Source: Vicugna vicugna (taxonomy: Eukaryota). Taken from it: a DNA stretch of 64,000 bases. Numbering within the stretch: position 1 is the first letter of the stretch; each line of letters opens with the position of its first letter. Location: the NCBI GenBank assembly GCA_013265495.1, contig MU058645.1, positions 1 to 64,000 on the forward strand, written 5' to 3'. Below, one piece after another: positions 23,231-36,099 of the stretch. The position numbers were made by a program, and so were the translations under genes. The notes under the pieces were generated by a model. The model was given only the letters and a program-made list of their open reading frames with translations, was not told where the DNA came from and did no database searches.

Positions 23231-26200
23231 AGATAATATATTTTAAATTATGATTTCATTTAGTGGGTTAACCTCAAAATTGCTCTAATAATTAGCAGCG
23301 TTCTTGCATCCAATGTGCTCTTTCTCACCTTGGTTAGCATCTTTTTCAGAGTAGCTCTTCTAAAAGACTATTGATGAATGGGTGTCCATGATATGCGTAA
23401 TTAACCTATTATAGATCTTCCCACTTAATGAAGAGGAACCTTTGCAGGACACTTACGTTACCCTTATTTCTTGCCTCTTACGTACTGCTTGGAATGATCT
23501 TTATATTTTCTGCATTTATGAATGGTGGAACCAGAGTACATTTTCAAAAATTATGGAATAAAAAACATCAATATCAAAGGAATGAAATTGAAGCTATTAT
23601 TTTTAAATAGAAGTGATCACAGTATTCATAAACAGATCTCAGGACATATAACATATCGCCTGGGTAACGTGCAGGAGGGAGAAAGTGCGTGAGACATTGA
23701 TGGAAATACAGGAATTACATTAGTAGCCAAACTCCTTCCTGGGTGTGAAATACAAAGTTCCTCTAATATTTCCTGTTATCTTTCTGCATCTCCAAAAACC
23801 TCCCCTCTGGTTTATACAGTGAGGTGAACATGTCCATACTACGCCCAGAAGTCTGATGCAAGTACGTATAAGATCAAAGATTTTCTTTCCTATGCTGAGA
23901 AATAAAATGAGAGGAATCTGTCTGAGTTTCCTGTTTAACCAAAGCAGCTAGGCAGTGATTATGGCCAAAGGCTGTTTTCCTCTCTTCCTATATTCAAGGG
24001 GTTTAAGTTGCCTCCTCTCTAATCATAGCACTGAGTGCTGTAATGGACTTTTCTGAAAGGAGATAAAAAATTTTTTCCTTATCTTTTTTATGATAAAAAT
24101 TCAGCATAATACAGAACTAGAAATGCTTCTCCAGCTTCCTGGAGAAGTTCATTCTCTGCAAAGGGGAGTAATTTGACACGTCGGGAGCACACTCTCCCGG
24201 TGGAGAACATGATCGAGTCCCGCTGTACCCTGCATTGGAGGCAGCTCTGTTAGGCTTTGTATAAATGTGCCCACCGACTACATTTGTGACTGCTTGATGC
24301 TAATTTAACAGTCAGAAATCCACTGTTTGACTTCATATGGCCACAATTACTGAACTAGTGTGAGACAAATCTTTCCAGCATTATTGTCTTTTGAGTATGA
24401 AGGAAAACTTCATTCACCACCTTGAGTTAGTAGAAAAGGTGGTTCAGATTTGAGAAGCAGATAGATACACTGGGCTTCTTAGAAGCAGAAATGAAATGAA
24501 GAGTGGACTTCCTGCTTCCAGGCTTCATGCCTCCGATACAATCTGCACATGCTGTTCAGCTGCTTCTAGTAACAAACTCTGTGTCATGTGATTTCCTTGC
24601 TGAGAAGTATATTCCAAGGTTCTCCTTTTGTCAGCACCATGGCTAAATGTGGGTTACAGGGACAAGAGGCTTGACGTGGCGATGAGGCCAATGTTGGAGA
24701 CGGATTGGGCAGAAACAGAAGAAGCTGATGGCCAAACCAGGGTGTGGACCATTAGGAGTCCTTGAGCTGTGCAAGCAGTGGAAGACAAAGTCAAGCAAAG
24801 CAATAATTCAAAAACAAGGCAGGGCACCAGGAGGCCATAAACCAGCACCAGCCCTGGAGCCAAAGTCCAGAAACGCACAGTCCTCAAATTCATGGCTTAG
24901 ACAGAGAGGAATGAGCCCCCGGGAAGTGCGCTGACAGTTGAGGACCAATAAGCCTGAAAGCACCTGGGACAACACAAGCAGTAAATCTAATGTCCAGGCA
25001 AGGAATTCTGTCATCACTGGAGTCAGACGAGTTGTGAGATTAATGCCTAAAAGATTATCCGCAGCTCAAAGCTGTAGCCCAGCTCATCACAGTTGGATAC
25101 CGTTTTCTTAAAGGAGAGATAAAAATGTCAAGTTATTCTGGGAATCGCGTACAGCATTATGCATCCTGGTTCAGTCAAAGTGATGATGTTAATCACCATG
25201 AGTCTAAGGAGAGGGAAGGCCAGTTTTCACGCTAATGGTTCCCATGTCACATTCACTTGACGCGGGAAGGGTAATAGACACTGAGATATGAGACCTTGCA
25301 TAAGCATTATTTGTGCTATAAGCCTAAGCCTTTTAATATATGAAATAAATAAATAGAGACATACCGAATTAAAATGTTTGCATTGAAACTAGGAGTCTTT
25401 TATGAGAGTCAAGGGAGAAATTTAAGAGACATAATTGGGTGATAATGCCTGTCCAAGCTGGGCAAGGAGAGATAAGAGAAATATCCTTACACAGATGAGA
25501 TCCATTCAATTTATTTTCCTTAAGAGATTTTCTTTTACTTTTCTAATGAATAATTCTCCCACTTGTTAAAGCTGCCAGTTTCAAGGGGGACGGATACCGG
25601 TTTATAATGAAACGTGACCATCACATGTTTCTCTCCGTAAAAATTGTTTCAAAGAAGTATATTTGGGTAAAATCTGCATATTCAGCCAAATAAGATGTGT
25701 CTTCTCCTGTGCTGTCAATTTGTTTCCTATTAAATATTGTTTTGAGGGACTGAAGATTGGAAATAATTTTGTCCTCCGTAAAATGGTCTAATAGCAGTGT
25801 TTAAAAAGTGACACAGCCTGCTTCTGTGCTCAGGTGATGCAGTGAAGTGCTGTAGCTGAAGGATCAATGACGCCGCCACCTCCTCCGCACTTTGCTGTTT
25901 GGAGCAGAGCCTCAGGTGCACATGGAAGGATTTATTCCTATCCGAGTCATGGTCAGCTGTGTTGGTTTCCTGACGTTTTCGCCCAAGTCCATCTTTAAAG
26001 CAGTCGAATGTAATAAGATCCAGATATTTGATGGAACCACCCAAGATTCCCAAGGCGCAACTGGTTTCCCTTAGTGGATGAAAAGTATTTGCCTGCCAGG
26101 TATTCCAGTTTTGCTGGTCAGAATCAGTGATGGAGATTAAAGAGAGCGATGAGTTTCTTAGTGAGAGGAGAGAAGAACACAATTGTATTTACTGATCTCT

Positions 26201-27599
26201 TCATTCAGCAATTCCGTCTTGCTCTGCTTTCTTGTAAATTCCCCTAAGCTGTGTCATCGATGTGCACTGTGACAGACAATTTAGCCTCTTTATTTCTTTA
26301 GACAGCAAAGGCAGCATCTCTGCCCTCACTGATCTTAGATTATAAACTTCTCAAGAGCATGGCTTTGTGAGTTTAACTCACCTCAAATCAAGCGTAGCAT
26401 CGTTACAGAGAAAACCTGGCTTTCCATCCTCTCTCTGGTGGCTCTTTACCGCTGTTGCCCATCACACACCCGTTCCTTTTCTTGTCTGAGCTGCAGGTGG
26501 GGGCGACACCTCCATTACTCTTTGCAAAACCACCTGCAAGGTGGTTGTTTCTACAAGTGGCTGCATATACAACGGATTCACCAACACGCTATACCCTCGC
26601 ATTTCTAGAGGACTTTCTATTTTCTCAGAGCTTTCTCCTGAATGCACGACCCTCTCACCACCCAATGGTCTTTTCACGGGAAGTTGGATTTAATTCAAAT
26701 TGGCTATTAGAATCCTGGGATGTCTTATCTATCTGTGCCCGTGTATTTCAAGATGCTCACAATGGTGCCACGAAAATCAGTCTTCTCAGGAGCTTGACAG
26801 AGGGGCCTCAGTGCTGCCGTTGGGTGGTCACAGAACAGGTTGTTGGGTGGCGCCACCCCAGCTAGCAGCTCTGCCTGTGGATTTACTGATCCACCTGAAG
26901 GCTCTTCTTTGAAGGTGCGTTTTCCCTCAGAGCTGCTAACGAGAGAACGACTTGAGCTCTGGGACAGCGTCTGAGCCCTCCGCAGCCTGCTGCGCAGTCT
27001 GGTCCACGGTTTAGCATCGCCAGCTTCACCTGGAAAGCTGTTAGGAGAGCAGAAATCCAGGCCTCCAGGCTCGTTCTGAAGCTGCTCCATCAGAAGCTGC
27101 ATGACAAGGGGGACACCCACGCACGGGAAGCTGAGAAGCAGGCCTCCACACGTGGTCATGCTGGCTGAGAGTATGACATGGTGACTCCTTCTGGTTCTCC
27201 TCCTTGGGGCCAGAGACCCTGCTCAGTGGAGCCCTGCCGAGGGGCTCTTGGGATCCCCTCTGTGCTGCTGAAAGGTCGGTAAGGACGCCTCATGGAAAGC
27301 CTGTGTTCAGCAGCAGAGGCTTCCCGAGTCTCAGGGCTTCACTACAGGCGGCCTTCTGTGGCTGCTCTATGTCGTTAACTGAACAGTGAAAGGAGCTGCA
27401 CTGTTGCATTTTAGGGAGAGGAAATAGCACGAGTGACCATCCTGGAAGAACAAAGAGTTCGGCATATTTCAGAATTTTTCTTAAAAGGACAGGCCCATCA
27501 GAGATGAAATTCTGAAGCGGCGGCACTGCAGAAGCCAGCTGGGAGAGACAGACAGACGGAACCAGAGACAGAGATAGAGACGGACTACGAGACAGGACC

Positions 27600-28450
27600 A
27601 CTGACCAGGCGTGAGGGCTGATACTGTGCAAAGCTTGACGGTGTGTAGATGTTAGTAGCGCTCCGAATTCTATCCTGAGTGTAGTGGTTTTAGGCTGAAA
27701 AATTTGACATTGTACTTACTCTGTTTAGCACATGACAGAGGTTATTCTGACTGCTTTGCAGAGAATGGATTAGGCAGGAGGAAGCATGGAATAGGGAGCC
27801 AGTGAAATGATTATTTCATTAGTCCACCGAGAAGACGATCCTGTCGTGTTAGCTTTTATAAATCCAAGTGGATAGATCCAGTTACCCTTTAGAGGTAGTC
27901 ATGAAAGAGGGAGACAGAGGACCCATAACAATTTCTGCTGGAAACACTATTAAAGTAGCAGATTAGCAACTGATAGTTACAGTGTGAGAATTTGGTCGCT
28001 CTGGGGGACCCCGGTAAGATCGCTGGCAACGCATAAGCAAGTCAGTCGATTTGGAGATGTGAGGCGGAGACGCACATTTAGATCCATCAGGGCACAAGAC
28101 CCTGTGCGATGAAAGATGATGGGCCAGGACCGAGCTCTGACGTCAGAGTCTGGAAATGGGCAAGGGATGTTGAAGAGAGACTGAACGTGAGTTAGCACTA
28201 AAGCCTGGACAACAGTGGCGACAGAGGAATAAGGAGCAACTGTGGCGGGGCATTGCAAGTGTCAAGAGAAGGAAGTGTTTCAGGAAAGAAGTCGCGGCGG
28301 TCAGATAAGTACTGAAAAGTGTCCACTGGATTCATCCACATGAAGCCCCTGGTGACGTCACCCAGTACTGGGTACCCAGTACCCAGACGTTACCCATGTT
28401 TCCGGTGGGTGGATGTCTACTGGGGTGAGCTGAGAAGAGAGAATTTGAAG
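27600..28450 (-). mobile_element. LINE-2 fragment
   Basis: Purine-rich antisense L2 motifs (gtcaagagaaggaagtgtttcagga, actgaaaagtgtccactggatt). Confidence 0.6.
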
Positions 28451-29809
28451 AAGCAAAGGCATATTTTTTGCACATGCGCTTCTATTTTATAACATTAACA
28501 ACTTGGGATACTGTGCAATTTACTGTGCAAGGGTCTAGTTGTGGAGGCTTGTAGAGGAACTTCCAGTTCCTGACTTGAAAATTTCAGCAGGTGTTCTTTA
28601 AACCCTAGCATTTCTGTGAAAATCTAATGGCACGGATGGCATCATCAGAAAGGGTGCAGAGGTCTGTTCCCTGCATCCCAGACAGACAGACTTTGCAGTC
28701 TGCTTCCAGTGACAGCTCTCAGGGGTGTGGCTGTTGGTCTCCTGAGCCTTGTGTCTCATGGAGCATGCTTGCAGTTTGAGCTGGGAAGTCCAGTATGATT
28801 TTTCCTAACAAAGAACAAAATATGTTAAATTGACATTCCTTTCTTTTCTTCATTTAACTCTTAATCTCAACCTCAAATGCAAATTATTGGGTACAGCTTA
28901 ACAATGCTAAATGTGCTCGGCATTGTCTAACTGGCAACAATCACTGAGTAAAAGAATACATTTAAATTGTCCAGCACATGCTTGGCACTTAATAAATAGA
29001 ATCCCTTAGTAATATTACTGTTGGAAATTGAGGCCCAAATAAAGCCCTGATCTAATCACATGCAAAAGAGAAGATAAACTTGTTATTTCCATTTGTCCTT
29101 TGTGCAAGTAGTTTTATAAAATTTGAAAGAATAAACTTGCCCTATGCCTCTTATATTCTGGAATGAGGCTGATCCTTGATTATAAGTGATCCATGCAGCT
29201 GCACCTCTAAGCCACTCCCCGTGACAGAGGTGGCGCAGCACAGATTCAAGGAGTCCTGAGTGACAGCTGAAGATTAGCACAGCTGAGCCCTGTGCTCCTC
29301 CTGTCGATATTCCCAGGACAAAGCTTGGAAAGAACCTTTGAGGTTGTTACACCACGATTCCCTCCTCTCTCTTCACACAACACTATGGTGAATGTTAGAA
29401 GTTTATTTAGTTTCTGGAATGTTTGGAATCAAGCACTCAGTATTTACAGAATTCAGTACAACTATTCTTTATTCCCTTCATGTAAACGTAAAGCACTAGT
29501 ATTATTGCAGATACAGTGCATTTACCTTCTCAGCCACTAAGCCGAGTCTTTAAGCCAATTTAGAAAACAGAACACACACCAAATTAACGTCAGCTAAATC
29601 AATTTATCCTTAGCTGCATCCCACACTGTCATTTAAGCATTTTAAACTCTCAAGAGGAATCTCATATGAAACAAAAAGCTTGAGAATGCACGTGGAATTT
29701 GGGGATCACAACACATTTCACAAAAGACATTTTTTAAATAATGAATACAGTATTATATATTATTGAGTGATTATTCCATTTATGGCTTTTTATCAAAAAT
29801 AATGTATTG

Positions 29810-29980
29810 TATTATTTATTTTGTCTAACAATCCTATAAAACAAAACCATTTTTACACCAATGCTGCACAGATGAGAAGAAATACGACGTAAGCTGCCCA
29901 CGCTCACACAGCAGGGGCACAGCGCAGCCGGGTCTGCCTACCCAGGGCCTGCCCTCGGCACCACGCTGCTACTCTAAAGT
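29810..29980 (-). mobile_element. MIR SINE (partly GC-shifted)
   Basis: acaatcctat...cagatgagaag...ctgcccacgctcacacagc. Confidence 0.55.
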
Positions 29981-30619
29981 GAACATCGGACACCCCCTAA
30001 TTCTAACTTCTAGATCTCAATACTATGGAAATAACTATCGATGTTTTCCAATAATTATCGTTAAGCATGTTTGGTCTCACTTTCTAAAACAACAGAATGT
30101 TAAAAAGTCATCCAAGTATACAAAAATGATTGAGTAAATAAGTAATAAGGAGCCATATTATTTTATTTTATGGAGTCAAAATAAACAAATCTTTAAAATT
30201 TTGCCAAAAATACTTTCAATACAATGCCAGGCGAAAACAAGCAAAATACAAACACGAAGCATAAATAAACTTCAGTACACACGCACACAGAATTATTTCG
30301 ACACCTACTCCAAGGTGTAAACACTGATTGTCGTTAGGCTGTGGCATTATGACCATTTTTATCAGCATCTTCTGTTACTTTTTTATATTTTCCAATTTTC
30401 TGCAATGACTATGTGTTGCTTTTCTGGGCAATGAGACCATCATTAAACTAAAAAAGTGGGGTTTTTTTCTTAATGTCTGCTGCTCACAGTTAATGAAAGA
30501 ATTATTATACAAGTGTTTCTTTAGGCCCATAGCTAAGCCATTGATTCACATGGGGCCCCAAGACGCTGGATTTGATCAAACTGGAACTCCTTCCTGGTTG
30601 CCTCCAAGTCCAGCAGGAC

Positions 30620-30960
30620 CCAGGGCGGCCCTGCCCTCCCCTCCGCGGCCGCCGGGCCAGCCGCTCGCCTGGTCTGGGCTCGCGCTTCCAACTTCTTAAT
30701 CCCAGCATCTGATTTCTTCTTTGTTTTTAGCAAGAGCGTGTCTCAGGGCACACGTCAAATTAAACAGCCGTTACGGCAGACGAGGTGCAACGTTCGGTCC
30801 GCCCCGAGCGCTGCGGGCTCCCCGCGCGGCACTGGTCGGGCAGGGAGGCCGCGGCACCGCCTCCCCGCGCGGGAGGCCTCGCTCCCTGGGACGCGCGCCC
30901 CGAGCAGCTGCGGCGCGTCTGGCTGACGTCCCCAGCAGTACTGGATTCCCGGCCACGAAT
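30620..30960. other. Short GC/CpG peak
   Basis: CpG-dense block embedded in AT-rich flanks. Confidence 0.75.
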
Positions 30961-33900
30961 AGGTTCCTTGGGGACATCCCTTGCTCCCCTTGCTTCCACG
31001 GTGTATTTGTCCCAATTTTAAGTGCTCTAAGCTGTGAGGTGTCTTCGATTTTGGTTCAGTGTATCTTAACATGAATATTGAACCGTAGTTAACCAAACAC
31101 AGATGTGACACGTGTAGGAACCTGTATAAAAGACACCTGAGGAAGTCGACTTTGGGGAAAACGCAACAATAACCTGCTTGTCAGGAACAGGAGTGGAACA
31201 CCTCACCTGCATCCTTCTGTCAAGTATAAATCAACCACATCGATCACCGCTGACTACTTCCTATGGACCAGAGGTTGAAGGAACAACGCGCTTGCTCCGA
31301 GGAGCCGTTAGACACTTCCTTTTGATGAGCTGGAGTCTAGGAGCTATTTCTGCAAAACTGTCAGCTATCACACAATTATCCAGAGTTGTGCCTCTCAAGG
31401 TAGTACATACCTGCAGGTGTACAGAATACACAGACGCCAAGCATCTCGCCTCTGGTTGATGCAGAATGTGTCACCTTCTCATGTGACTCCTGTTCTGTTT
31501 CTGCCATTCTCCTAGTGCCTTAGTTCAAATGCCTCCCCTCAAGCAGATAAAGCTGGTCTACCTCAATCATGCTGTCTTTTCTCCAGCTATGTTCCCTGCA
31601 ATCATGCTTCCCCACGATTTCACATTTTTTGCTAATATATCCTGTCTTGATTATTCGTGCATGAAAACATCTGATGATGTCCCGCTGTTCAGAGCTTGAA
31701 CAAACGGCAGTATTTCTTTAAATACATGTATATAATTGTGTGTGTGTACACGCATTAACATATGCACACTTGAATAGTGTTTATTCTCTGTGTAAAATTT
31801 GGATTATAATTTAAATTAATATTTTGGATATTTCCCATGTAATTTACTAATCTTTAAATACTCAAGATTTTGGAACCAGTGTGTCCTATTCTACCTATAA
31901 CTGTACTATGATACATTTAGTCAATCTACCATCATTGGACATTTAGTTTATTTCAATTTTAAGTAGTGTAAATAAGAAATAAATGTCATCATATTAAAAC
32001 ATAGAAATAATACAGAAAGCTTATGTTAAATCTCTGGGCATTTACCAGGATAGAATCAATGGAACAAAGAAAATAGTTATTTTGGTATAACTCTGTGTTT
32101 GTGAGTATACATCTTTTCTAAAGTCAACGTTGAATGATAAAGGTGTAGCTCTTTTTTCATTGGAGGTTCTGATTCTGGAAATCAGCAGAGAAGCAATCAC
32201 TTCCAAGGATGAAAACACGTGCTTTGGGGTATGGATGGGGGAAACAGCATGCAGATTTTAGAACTTGATACAAAATCTTGAGGTGACATTAAATGTTTAT
32301 TTGCCTGCCTGTCGTAGATACCGTGATGAAGTTCAAATTGCTTTCTTAAAGGGAAATTACAGAATAAGAATTTTGAATGTGCTATGTCCTCAAATTGCTT
32401 CTTTTTAGGGAAATAAAAAAATAAGCATTTTTGGTTTAGGAAGGGTCTTTACGATTATAATATTTACTAGGAGAAGCAGAAGCACCCTGAGCCTCGCTTT
32501 TCTGTTGACGAGAACAGCGTGCTAACTCTGCCTCAATGTTGCACGTGTCCGTTGAGATGGCATATGTGGAAGGATCATGGTACACAGTAAGTGCATATTA
32601 AATGCTCGCTTTTTCTTTCCCAAGACCACTAAGGAAAAGTTTCAAAGAATTTTGTCTTTAGCTTCCAGTCCCTCTGACTTCCAGGTGAACTACAAGAAGG
32701 TAATAAATGACGCCGTGAGAAGGAATTGACGATAAAACCTCACTTCTGTCTGTAGGCGTAACGTGGCCTTTTCTTCTCTGCTGTACAACGAAGAAAAAGG
32801 AAATTCACTGGGCAGTTGCTATGTTGTTGAAGACTCGGAAACTAAGTCTATGGTTTTAGTATAATCTCGTATTTGTTGAGTAAGTGGAACAGTACATTCG
32901 ATTCTAAAATATATGCTTCCTGGGAAGTTAGTTGCACACCTGCCACCTGCTTGCTGATGAGAACGGGGGCTACGTTCTGTGCCGAGGGAAACATACTGAA
33001 CAAGCACAGAAGTAAGGACAAATCTGCTGAGATGTAGCCATTGACACAGGAATCCTTGGGAAAGGCAAGTTAGCAAGTGCCCTGTGTGAACGGTTAAAAA
33101 TAGCTATTTCTTTAGTGAGTTGCAGGAAAGAAATGATGATATGCTTGTTTTTTTTCTGTAGATGTCTAGATATTGCAAAGTTAAACTATTGCATTGAACT
33201 TGTTTTACTAAGCTTTTTGCCTTAAAATTTAGTTTTAAAATAAGGAAGAATGTGTCCACTAGAAATCCTGCAAATCCTTCTTGCTTTGGTAATTTATCTT
33301 AGGCACTTTACTTTTTGTTTGCTTATTTTTTGCTTTTTCTTAAGAGTAACATTAAAAAAAAACCCTCAAAAGCATGTCTGTTCTCCCAGAAGAAAAATAT
33401 AAAAATGAATAACAAAGATACTGATTAGACCTTTATCCCATTTATCCATGGAAAACAGAGACCATCCATGAGATAACTTTTCAAATACATGTGGCTTTTC
33501 TCAGTGATATATTTGTTCTCCACAATGTACAGACTCCAAGACAATGAACTTCAAAAAATATTATATGTTTCTAAGTATGTTGTGTACACCTGTGACAGAA
33601 AAGATCACTTGGCATTTTTTACTACATTTCCTTTCAGGTTTGCATCTGCACGTTAACATATACATAAATATAGGGCTAAATACCAGCTCCTAAAAATGAA
33701 TTCATTACCTGCGATTGTGTTTACAGCACCATTGTCAACCAAGGCATCTGCTGCTAAATGGAGACGCCTTTAATTATAGTCATTACTGCTTGTCAATGAG
33801 AATTAGGTACTTAAATTTAACAAGGAAATGAACTACAGACTACAGTGAATTTCCCAGTAGGGGGCCAAGCTCGTAAACACTTTTATAAAAATGGCGGCTC

Positions 33901-34495
33901 TGGAAAATGTATATGTTGCTTATAGCCTGTGTCCTGTGGATCTCAGTGGAACAGTGATCCAGGTCAATAGGTGGGAGCTGGGGCTCGGCAGCTACAAGCT
34001 TGTCCCAGTTTGACATCTTCAGTACTGCCCAGCAGGTTACTGCATCCCCTAGCTAGCCATGAGGTGACTCTGATGTTATCTCCTCCTGGGTCTCCAACGT
34101 CTTCTCCAAGCCACCACCACCTGGAGTGTGATCATAATCCATTCTTCACAAGGAAAGCAGAGGTGAGTATACTGGGACTCCCTCCTACCCACATCTACCA
34201 GTCATGGTGCGTCTGTGCTCAGTCCTCTGCCTGCATCCTTGTCCCGGAGGAAAGAGCACCTTCACGCTCCGGTGGAGCAGCGTTTCTCAGCCGTTTAGTC
34301 AAGAAAACGTTTTAGACCAGTTTTCCTAATTTTAGCACAAAAGATATACCGTGTATCTGCACAATATCTATGTTTTAGGCATAAAAAGAATGAGATATTT
34401 TGTCCCCTAAGAATCATTTTTCAACCTATTGGTGGTCGTTTTGAGCCTATTGACAATGCATCCTCTAAAGGACAACCCCATATGTGCTGTTAGCA

Positions 34496-34496
34496 T

Positions 34497-34528
<32 letters not shown>
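34496..34528. repeat. (TG)n microsatellite
   Basis: tgtgtatgtgtgtgtgtgtgtgtgtgtgtgtgt. Confidence 0.95.
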
Positions 34529-35420
34529 AGGGGAAAGAGTAAGTAAAAGAACAACCAAATAAAGTCATCTTGAACTTAAAAGATAATATATTATTGACTC
34601 ATATCTCCAATATTTCAGATGAGAGCAAACTTCATGAAAGGTGTGCTAGAGCTCTGGCTCCATTCCTCTGTGATTCCCTTGACTCAGCGCTCCTCTCTTA
34701 AGCTCCTCTGGCTTTGGCTGCCTCCCCCTAGGAGGGCTTCCTTCCTGGCTGCGAGGTGGCTGTCTATAGCAACGTGGGCTCCCACGTCTGTGTTCACTTC
34801 CAAGCGTGGGGCCCCTTCCGTAATCACCCACACCCGACCCCTTAGCTTCGGGATGATTAGGTGACTCTTGAATCAACCAATGTCAGAAAAACGCCGTGTG
34901 TTTAGCCCCGGGATTCCGGAAACAATACCCATGAAATTGGTCAATGGGATTCCTCTGCTTAGCTTACACCATCTTGCTTACACTTCACATCTTGAATCAG
35001 GACGTAAGTCCATCCCAATCAGACTCCATTGTTTCTCTACAACTGACCGACGGCAAAATTAATTTTGGAGACGTAATTAATGCCTGTTACACCGCTCCTT
35101 GATGTCAGCTGATTCATGATTTTGCTACTGCTGTTATTTCTTCTGTCGGATAATCATCAACTCTTCCTCTAGTGTATCAGTCAGATGAAAATGCAAATAT
35201 AATCCAGTATCTTCCATTTAAAAAAACCTTTCTGATAAACTTTTCTCCTCCAGCCACAGTCCTGTTCCTTCTCTTTCGGATGATAAAACTTAGTGAAGGC
35301 ATTATCTCTGCTCACCATCATCATCCTCACAATTACATGTTCTCATCAGTCCATTAAGGTTGAGTATCTTTTTATTTTAATTACAAAAATTTTATTGTCA
35401 CTGTCTTTAAAATTTTCTAT

Positions 35421-35960
35421 TGTGAATTTATGTGTCAATTAGACTGGATCATGGAGTGTCCAGATTAAGTATTATTTCTGAATGTGTCTGTGAGGATGTT
35501 TCTGGATGAGATTAGCATTGGAATCAGTGGACTTAGGGATGGCCCTCCTCAGTGTGGGCGGTAACCATCCAATCTAGTGAGAGTCTAAATTGAATGAAAA
35601 AGCAAAAGAGGGGAGGAGTCTTCCCTCCCTGCCATCCTACCTTCCTGCCTGCTGCTGGGCTGGGGTATCTGTCTTCTGCTCTTGGACTGGGATCACCTTT
35701 GACTCCCCTGTTCCCAGGTATTTTGACTCAGACTGCAGTTACACCACCAGCCTGACTGGGTTTCCAGCTTGCTGATGTTAGATCTTGGCACCTCTCAGCA
35801 TCCATAGTCACATGGACCAATTCACTGAAATAAAGTAATAAAGGGAAAGCAAAGAGAGTGAGAGAGAGAGAGGGGGAGAGAAGGGGAGAGGGAGGGAGGG
35901 AGGGAGACAGAGAGGAAGATCCTATTGATTCTGTTTCTCTGGGGAGTACTGACTAATATA
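35421..35960 (+). mobile_element. MLT2-family (ERVL) solo LTR with internal purine tract
   Basis: tttatgtgtcaattagactgg...tgtgtctgtgaggatgtttctggatgagattagcatt...cctattgattctgtttctctgg...gactaatata. Confidence 0.88.
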
Positions 35961-36099
35961 CTATTTTGCAAAAATCCAAGTTTCACTTCACTTCTATCTC
36001 ATGTGATTTCTTAGCAGCATTTGAACTGGTTGATTCACTCTTCCTTTTTGAAATACATCATCTTGACCTTATAAATTCTTGACCTTATAAATTCTTTTT

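Noticed and set aside
24631..24648. REST/NRSE-like TCAGCACCATGG
   Set aside because: The right half-site (GGACAG) is absent
30493..31111. Cluster of ORFs over a GC peak (likewise at 15910-16307 and 38367-39283)
   Set aside because: Same compositional artefact; no homology recognised
34619..34864. Apparent exon: tttcag followed by ATG and an 81-aa ORF
   Set aside because: The sequence resembles an old MLT1-type LTR, and no protein similarity was recognised
35835..35920. Purine tract with (GGGA)n G4/triplex potential
   Set aside because: It occupies the low-complexity position usual in MLT2 LTRs and is unremarkable
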